Of a DNA stretch of 32,704 nucleotides, positions 27,779-32,704 are shown one piece after another. Each line of letters opens with the position of its first letter. Positions within the stretch are counted from its first letter, which is position 1. The notes below the pieces were generated by a model. It did not search any database. It saw only the letters and a list, made by a program, of their open reading frames with translations, and was not told where the DNA came from. The stretch spans positions 1-32,704 of the forward strand of contig JAPLIW010000750.1 in NCBI GenBank assembly GCA_026388915.1. Reading direction: 5' to 3'. Both the position numbers and the translations under genes were made by a program. This DNA comes from Deltaproteobacteria bacterium. Its GTDB lineage: Bacteria > Desulfobacterota > SM23-61.

Positions 27779-29068
27779 TTGCCGCATCAGCAATCAAAAC
27801 CAATTGCCGCGGTTCTGAGAAAATACTGGGGGTACACTTCATTTCTCCCCCTCCAGGAAGAGGCGATCTCATCCATCCTGGACGGTAGGGACACCTTGAC
27901 CATGCTGGCCACCGGAGGGGGGAAATCCCTCTGCTTCCAGCTTCCCGCCCTGCTGCAGGAGGGCCTGGCCGTGGTCATTTCTCCCTTGATTTCTCTCATG
28001 AAAGATCAGGTGGACAGCCTGAAAGACATGGGGATTGCCGCGGCGGTGTTGAATTCGAGTCTTGCCCCCGAGGAACAAGGCCGCGTTGTGGATCGGGTCC
28101 TAAAGGGCAGAGTAAAGCTTTTGTACATTTCCCCCGAACGGCTGCAACAGGAGAGAACTCGGCAACTGCTCCAATCCGTACCCCTATCCTTCTTTGTGGT
28201 CGATGAAGCCCACTGCATCAGCCACTGGGGCCACGACTTCCGGGAAGATTACCGCAACCTTAGGATCATCAAAGAAACATTCAGGCCCATTTCGGTTCAT
28301 GCTTTTACCGCGACCGCGACGGAGGAGGTTCAGAAAGATATTCTGGAGCAGCTCGGCCTGGAAAACCCCCAAAACCATATCGGCCGGGTGGACCGCCCCA
28401 ATCTGACCTACCAGGTGAGACCCCGCACCCAGATTCTCAGCCAGGTAACCGACCTCCTGAAGAAACACGCGGGTGAATCCGGCATTATCTATTGCCTGCG
28501 CCGGGATGACGTGGATACCCTTTCCGCCCGGCTGAATGAACTCGGCTTTAAGAACCTTCCTTATCATGCCGGCCTGGATGATGAAACCCGCCGCCTCCAT
28601 CAGGATCAATTTGCCCGGGAAGAAGTTGAGGTCATGGTGGCCACCATCGCCTTCGGGATGGGGATCGACCGTTCCAATATCCGCTTCGTGATCCATACGG
28701 CCATGCCCAAAAGCATAGAGCATTACCACCAGGAAACCGGCCGGGCAGGGCGGGACGGCCTTCCCGCCCACTGCTACCTGTTCTATGGGGGAAGTGATTA
28801 CCTCACCTGGAAGTCTTTACTGGAGGATTCTCCCCATAAGGAAGTCATGCTGGATAAACTCCAGCGCCTTTATCATTTCTGCTCCCAGCCGCATTGCCGG
28901 CACAAAGTTCTGGCCAACTACTTCGGCCAGGACTATGAGCGGGCCTCCTGCGAAGCCTGCGACTATTGTCTGAACGAGCTGGAGATGGTGGAAGACCCCC
29001 TGATCGTAGGCCAGAAGATTCTTTCCTGTGTCTACCGGGTGCACCAGGTGAGCGGGATCGCTACATGA
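27779..29068 (+). CDS. recQ: RecQ-family DNA helicase, helicase core plus Zn-binding subdomain only (truncated in the winged-helix domain)
   Basis: Motifs ATGGGKSLCFQLPA, VVDEAHCISHWGHDFR, YHQETGRAGRDG and Zn cysteines CRHK...CEACDYC. It reads ...ILSCVYRVHQ, then 6 unrelated codons and TGA. Start TTG 27779 after GAGGAG, or TTG 27722 as in the track. Confidence 0.85.
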   Translation: MPHQQSKPIAAVLRKYWGYTSFLPLQEEAISSILDGRDTLTMLATGGGKSLCFQLPALLQEGLAVVISPLISLMKDQVDSLKDMGIAAAVLNSSLAPEEQGRVVDRVLKGRVKLLYISPERLQQERTRQLLQSVPLSFFVVDEAHCISHWGHDFREDYRNLRIIKETFRPISVHAFTATATEEVQKDILEQLGLENPQNHIGRVDRPNLTYQVRPRTQILSQVTDLLKKHAGESGIIYCLRRDDVDTLSARLNELGFKNLPYHAGLDDETRRLHQDQFAREEVEVMVATIAFGMGIDRSNIRFVIHTAMPKSIEHYHQETGRAGRDGLPAHCYLFYGGSDYLTWKSLLEDSPHKEVMLDKLQRLYHFCSQPHCRHKVLANYFGQDYERASCEACDYCLNELEMVEDPLIVGQKILSCVYRVHQVSGIAT

Positions 29069-29493
29069 TCGAACAACTTGTTGGACAGGGGTATTTACGG
29101 AGAGAGGGAGAGTTTTCCACCCTCTCCCTGACGGATTCAGCCAAAAAAGTCCTGCGAGGAGAACGGGCGCCGAACCTGGTTAAACCGCTGGTGGCGGCCA
29201 AGAAGATGGAGATAACCCAAAAGACCCGGGCGAAAAGAGATAAAGAATGGGCCGGGGTGGACGAGGGGTTGTTCCATTTTTTACGCCAGAAAAGAGCTGA
29301 ATTGGCCCACCAGCAGGGGGTCCCGGCCTTTGTCATCTTCGGCGACAAGTCCTTAAAAGATATGGCCACGATCAAGCCCCAAACCCGGGACGCTTTCGCC
29401 ACCGTCTACGGCGTGGGCGACTACAAGCTGCGCGCCTATGCCGATGCCTTTATGGAGGTAATAAAGAAATATCTCCAAGGGGAAAGAGGGTGA
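29065..29493 (+). CDS. RecQ C-terminal remnant: end of the winged-helix domain plus HRDC domain, in a different frame
   Basis: The ATG at 29065 overlaps the upstream TGA (ATGA). MIEQLVGQGYLRRE...LSLTDSAKKVLRGE aligns with the end of the RecQ WH domain. LFHFLRQKRAELAHQQGVPAFVIFGDKSLKDMATIKP...VYGVGDYKLRAYADAFMEVI is HRDC-like. Whether it is translated is unknown. Confidence 0.6.
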   Translation: MIEQLVGQGYLRREGEFSTLSLTDSAKKVLRGERAPNLVKPLVAAKKMEITQKTRAKRDKEWAGVDEGLFHFLRQKRAELAHQQGVPAFVIFGDKSLKDMATIKPQTRDAFATVYGVGDYKLRAYADAFMEVIKKYLQGERG

Positions 29494-29519
29494 ATGGAGT
29501 TCTTTTGCATTCGGAAGGT

Positions 29520-29542
29520 CCCTCTCCCCTTGCGGGAGAGGG
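29520..29542. repeat. Perfect 9-bp GC-rich hairpin CCCTCTCCC-cttgc-GGGAGAGGG
   Basis: Read directly from the sequence, 27 nt after the recQ-fragment stop. There is no T-tract, so it is not a canonical intrinsic terminator. It may mark the boundary between the core block and the accessory segment. Confidence 0.5.
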
Positions 29543-29573
29543 CGGGGGTAGTTCTTTAACCATCAGCATTATT

Positions 29574-29615
29574 TTGTATGGCATAACCATACAATTGTAT
29601 GGTATAAACATACAA
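29574..29615. promoter_or_regulatory. Two tandem 21-bp palindromic operator-like sites (TTGTATGG-cataa-CCATACAA and TTGTATG-gtataaa-CATACAA)
   Basis: Read directly from the sequence. The two units are adjacent (29574-29594, 29595-29615) and end 1 nt before the ATG at 29617 of the wHTH-nucleotidyltransferase gene. Confidence 0.6.
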
Positions 29616-29616
29616 T

Positions 29617-30204
29617 ATGAACCTCCTGGCTGAGATCCTGTCTTCAAAGATCAGGTCCGAAATCTTCCGATTGCTTTTTGGAGTAAATGAGGAAGCGCTC
29701 CATATGCGGGAGATTGAAAGGCGCTCGGGCTTATCCATTGGAACGATTCAGCAAGAAGTCAAGAAATTACTTCGATTGACCTTGATAATAGAGCGCAAAG
29801 ACGGGAACCGGATTTATTACAAGGCCAACAAGGAACACCCTCTATATGCTGAAATCCGCAGCCTGGTTCTAAAGACAGTGGGCCTTGTTGATTTTTTTCA
29901 GAAAGCTCTGAAGCCCAACCCCAACATCAAGTTAGGTTTCATTTTCGGCTCCATCGCCCTCCATGAGGAAAAAGCTAAGAGCGATGTGGATCTGATGATT
30001 ATTGGTGACATTGGTATGAGGCAACTCACCGGGCTACTTTCGGGGGTATCCGGCCAAATTGGCCGAGAGATTAACCCCCATATCTTAAGCATTAAAGAAT
30101 TCTTGAAGCGAAAGAACGGCAAAGATCATTTTCTAATACAGGTTCTTGAATCACCCAAGTTATTCATAGTCGGAAACGAAAATGAGCTTACAGAGCTGGC
30201 TTGA
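29617..30204 (+). CDS. Winged-HTH fused to a minimal nucleotidyltransferase (MNT-type antitoxin-like)
   Basis: 195 aa. N-terminal ArsR-like wHTH (SKIRSEIFRLLF...MREIERRSGLSIGTIQQEVKKLL...DGNRIYYKAN). C-terminal Pol-beta-type NTase motif FGSIALHEEKAKSDVDLMIIGD. Confidence 0.8.
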   Translation: MNLLAEILSSKIRSEIFRLLFGVNEEALHMREIERRSGLSIGTIQQEVKKLLRLTLIIERKDGNRIYYKANKEHPLYAEIRSLVLKTVGLVDFFQKALKPNPNIKLGFIFGSIALHEEKAKSDVDLMIIGDIGMRQLTGLLSGVSGQIGREINPHILSIKEFLKRKNGKDHFLIQVLESPKLFIVGNENELTELA

Positions 30205-30562
30205 AAATGGTTGGCTTCGCTGGCATAAGACCAGCAAGAAGGAAATTGCCGATCTTCTGAAGATTGTCGAGCGCGACCTGAAAGATGCCGAAGGAGGTAT
30301 TTCGGATGATTGGCGATTTGGTATCGCCTACAACGCGGCCCTTAAGCTTTGCTTAATTTTGCTATACGCAGAAGGATTCAGGCCGGAAAAAACCCTCCAA
30401 CATTACCGCTCCATCCAAGCCCTGCCGTTCATCCTTGGTAAAAGAAGTAAAGCCGATGCGGAGTACCTTGATGCCTGCCGCTCCAAAAGAAATATCGTTG
30501 AATATGACTATGTGGGAGCAGTGACGGGAGATGATGTTCACGAACTCATTGAGTTTGGGTAG
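30182..30562 (+). CDS. HEPN-like all-helical partner of the nucleotidyltransferase (putative toxin), ending at an in-frame TAG
   Basis: 126 aa, overlapping the NTase gene by 23 nt. The size, position and helical composition match HEPN partners of MNT proteins. The best motif candidate is RNIVEY rather than Rx4-6H. The frame continues for 18 sense codons after TAG 30560-30562, to TAG 30617-30619. Confidence 0.6.
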   Translation: MSLQSWLENGWLRWHKTSKKEIADLLKIVERDLKDAEGGISDDWRFGIAYNAALKLCLILLYAEGFRPEKTLQHYRSIQALPFILGKRSKADAEYLDACRSKRNIVEYDYVGAVTGDDVHELIEFG

Positions 30563-30791
30563 GAATTAAGAGTTGCCGTTTTGAATTGGCTGAGAAAAAA
30601 TCATCCGGAATTGATTTAGCCCCAGGAGGAAATAGAAAGAGGCCACTTTTTCTCCAATTCCGGCTAAGGGGGATCGACAAGGAGCAATCGTAACTTTTGT
30701 TCATCGCCACAAAGAAATGTGCGCTCCACATAAGTTTGGAGCCGAATAAAGCCATTTGAGGAACTATCTTTCACAAACCATGGGTTAATTA

Positions 30792-32704
30792 GTGGAAAAT
30801 ATTGAACAAATCGAAAGAAGGCTCTGGGAGGCGGCGGACCAGCTGCGGGCCAACTCCAAGCTGACCTCCACCGAGTACTACATGCCGGTCCTGGGGTTGA
30901 TTTTCCTCCGCCATGCCTTCAATCGATTCCTGGTCGTGAAGGAAGAGGTGGAGAAGAACCTTCCCAAACGGGGAGGCGTTAGCCGGCCCATCAAAAAGGA
31001 TGATTTTGTTCAGAAAAGCGCACTCTTCCTGCGCGAAAAATCCCGGTTTGACTACCTGCTCAACCTTCCAGCCGACAAGGACCGCGGGCAAGCCATCAAT
31101 GGGGCGATGGATGCCATTGAAGAGGATTATGACGGGTTAAAAGGGGTCCTTCCGAAAGATTATCAGATCTTTGAAAGCGATGTCCTGGGCCGCCTTCTCA
31201 AGATCTTCAACGACGAACCCCTGCAGAAAGCCAGCGGGGATGTCTTCGGGAGGATATACGAATACTTCCTCATGAAGTTCGCCATGGGGGGCGCCCAGGA
31301 TATGGGCGAATTCTTCACCCCCATCTCCCTGGTGCAAACCATCGTCAACGTCATCGAACCTGATCACGGCACGGTGTTTGACCCGGCCTGCGGCTCGGGC
31401 GGGATGTTCGTCCAGACCAGCCATTTCCTGGAAAAAGCTGGGAAGGAGACGCCCAAAGTCGTCACCTTCTTCGGCCAGGAAAAAACCGCCACCACGATCC
31501 GCCTGGCCAAGATGAACCTGGCAGTCCATGGTTTAGAGGGCAAGATCGTCGAAGGCAATACCTTCTATGAAGACCACCACGAGCTGCTGGGGAAATGCGA
31601 TTTCGTGATGGCCAATCCCCCATTCAACGTGGACGGAGTGGATGCGGAGAAGATCAAGGCCGACCCGCGCCTGCCCTTCAGCCTGCCGGGGGTAAACAGC
31701 AAGGGGGCGGTGAGCAACGGCAATTATCTCTGGATTTCGTATTTTTACAGCTACCTCAATCCCGCGGGCCGCTCGGGCTTTGTCATGTCCTCTCAGGCGT
31801 CGAGCGCCGGACACGGGGAGAAGGAAGTCCGCCGGAAGATCGTGCAGACAGGCCATGTGGATGTGATGATTTCCATCAGGTCCAATTTCTTTTACACCCG
31901 CACCGTTCCCTGCGAGCTCTGGTTCCTCGATAAGGGGAAGCCCAAGGACATGCGGGACAAGGTTTTAATGATAGATGCCCGGAATATCTACCGCAAAGTC
32001 ACCCGCAAGATCTATGACTTTTCTCCGGAGCAGCTCAAGAATATTTCCGCCATCGTTTGGCTATATCGGGGAAAGACCGGGCTGTTTCTTAAGTTGATCA
32101 GGGAATACTTTGAATCGCTTATTTCCCAATGCGCGGCCATTGGGGAGAAGCTGGTTCCATTCGAAAAGACTTTCGATAATGCCCGCCGAATACTAACAGG
32201 GTCTGTAAAAGCCGCTAAGAAAGACCAGAAGCTTGAGGCTGAAAAGATCGCCCGGCTGGCCGAATCGGTAAAAGAATTGGAGACAGCTGGCGACCTCTAT
32301 CTTACTGACCGGACCGCTCTGCTGGTTGACATTGAAGATTGTTCGGACGATTTCAAGAAATCTTCGCTTGGAAGCAATAAAGAACAGCATAAACTCCGGA
32401 AAGCCTTTGACCCAATCGCCGAAAAGATCAAAGAGGTATCCCGGCAGGTCGAATATTTGAACCAGATGCTTTCCCGGGCCATGGATGCGGCGGGAAAGGA
32501 AATGAATGGCATGGAACCAGCAACCTGGGACAGCCGGGCGATAAATAAAATGAAAAAGGAGCTTGATCAAGGCCGCAAAGAGGCTGTGGAGCAGCTTAAG
32601 CAGGCCGCCTATTTCCACAGACAGATCGTCTGGCTGCAAACCCGGTTCCCTGAAGCGAGGCTGGCCAACGTTGAAGGCCTGGTCAAACTGGTGGACCGCA
32701 AGGA
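30792..32704 (+). CDS. hsdM: Type I restriction-modification system methyltransferase subunit HsdM (3' end outside the window)
   Basis: GTG at 30792, with the frame open to the window end (more than 637 codons, so absent from the ORF track). N-terminal IERRLWEAADQLRANSKLTSTEYYMPVLGLIFLRHA, SAM motif FDPACGSGGMFV and catalytic ANPPFN (31611-31628). A long helical region follows the MTase core. Confidence 0.9.
   Translation, partial: MENIEQIERRLWEAADQLRANSKLTSTEYYMPVLGLIFLRHAFNRFLVVKEEVEKNLPKRGGVSRPIKKDDFVQKSALFLREKSRFDYLLNLPADKDRGQAINGAMDAIEEDYDGLKGVLPKDYQIFESDVLGRLLKIFNDEPLQKASGDVFGRIYEYFLMKFAMGGAQDMGEFFTPISLVQTIVNVIEPDHGTVFDPACGSGGMFVQTSHFLEKAGKETPKVVTFFGQEKTATTIRLAKMNLAVHGLEGKIVEGNTFYEDHHELLGKCDFVMANPPFNVDGVDAEKIKADPRLPFSLPGVNSKGAVSNGNYLWISYFYSYLNPAGRSGFVMSSQASSAGHGEKEVRRKIVQTGHVDVMISIRSNFFYTRTVPCELWFLDKGKPKDMRDKVLMIDARNIYRKVTRKIYDFSPEQLKNISAIVWLYRGKTGLFLKLIREYFESLISQCAAIGEKLVPFEKTFDNARRILTGSVKAAKKDQKLEAEKIARLAESVKELETAGDLYLTDRTALLVDIEDCSDDFKKSSLGSNKEQHKLRKAFDPIAEKIKEVSRQVEYLNQMLSRAMDAAGKEMNGMEPATWDSRAINKMKKELDQGRKEAVEQLKQAAYFHRQIVWLQTRFPEARLANVEGLVKLVDRK

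Noticed and set aside
29045-29053. CAG|GTGAGC at the recQ junction resembles a spliceosomal 5' splice site, suggesting an intron.
   Set aside because: This is a bacterial context with no group I or II intron structure or ORF. The missing segment is absent rather than interrupted. The resemblance is coincidental.
30560-30562. The in-frame TAG in the HEPN-like gene read as pyrrolysine or genome-wide stop-codon reassignment.
   Set aside because: TAG is the terminal stop of several intact, correctly sized housekeeping genes in this window (mnmG, atpC, rho, rpmE, pgeF). No pyl genes are visible. Local nonsense mutation, read-through or error remains the working explanation.

Overview
About 29 kb of this window is an origin-proximal core-genome block from a bacterium. 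The taxon cannot be fixed from the sequence. The b/b' ATP-synthase layout and the repeat content suggest an uncultivated anaerobe, but this is a guess.

Gene order:
- ABC permease tail
- damaged ArgH-family lyase
- lipoprotein plus AMP-ligase on the minus strand
- mnmG-rsmG-parA-parB, bracketed by two consensus parS sites
- a bactofilin
- atpF'-F-H-A-G-D-C
- patatin-like lipase, rluD, pgeF, rho
- rpmE-DUF1385-prfA-prmC-murA-hisD
- a split recQ

The last ~3 kb is accessory. It holds a wHTH-nucleotidyltransferase/HEPN-like toxin-antitoxin pair with twin palindromic operators and a TAG-interrupted second gene. A type I R-M hsdM follows and runs off the window.

I do not see a convincing new multi-gene system. 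The strongest unexplained signal is a family of intergenic inverted arrays built from three tandem 10-bp units (ACACRGATNA), with a 9-bp-unit analogue inside the atp operon. Each would form a ~30-bp-stem hairpin ending just upstream of the start codon of argH-like, prfA, murA or atpD.

Three genes look damaged: the argH-like gene, recQ and the HEPN-like gene. This could be real decay or an assembly or sequencing problem, and I cannot tell which. Many long ORFs in the track are antisense shadows of real genes and are not called.
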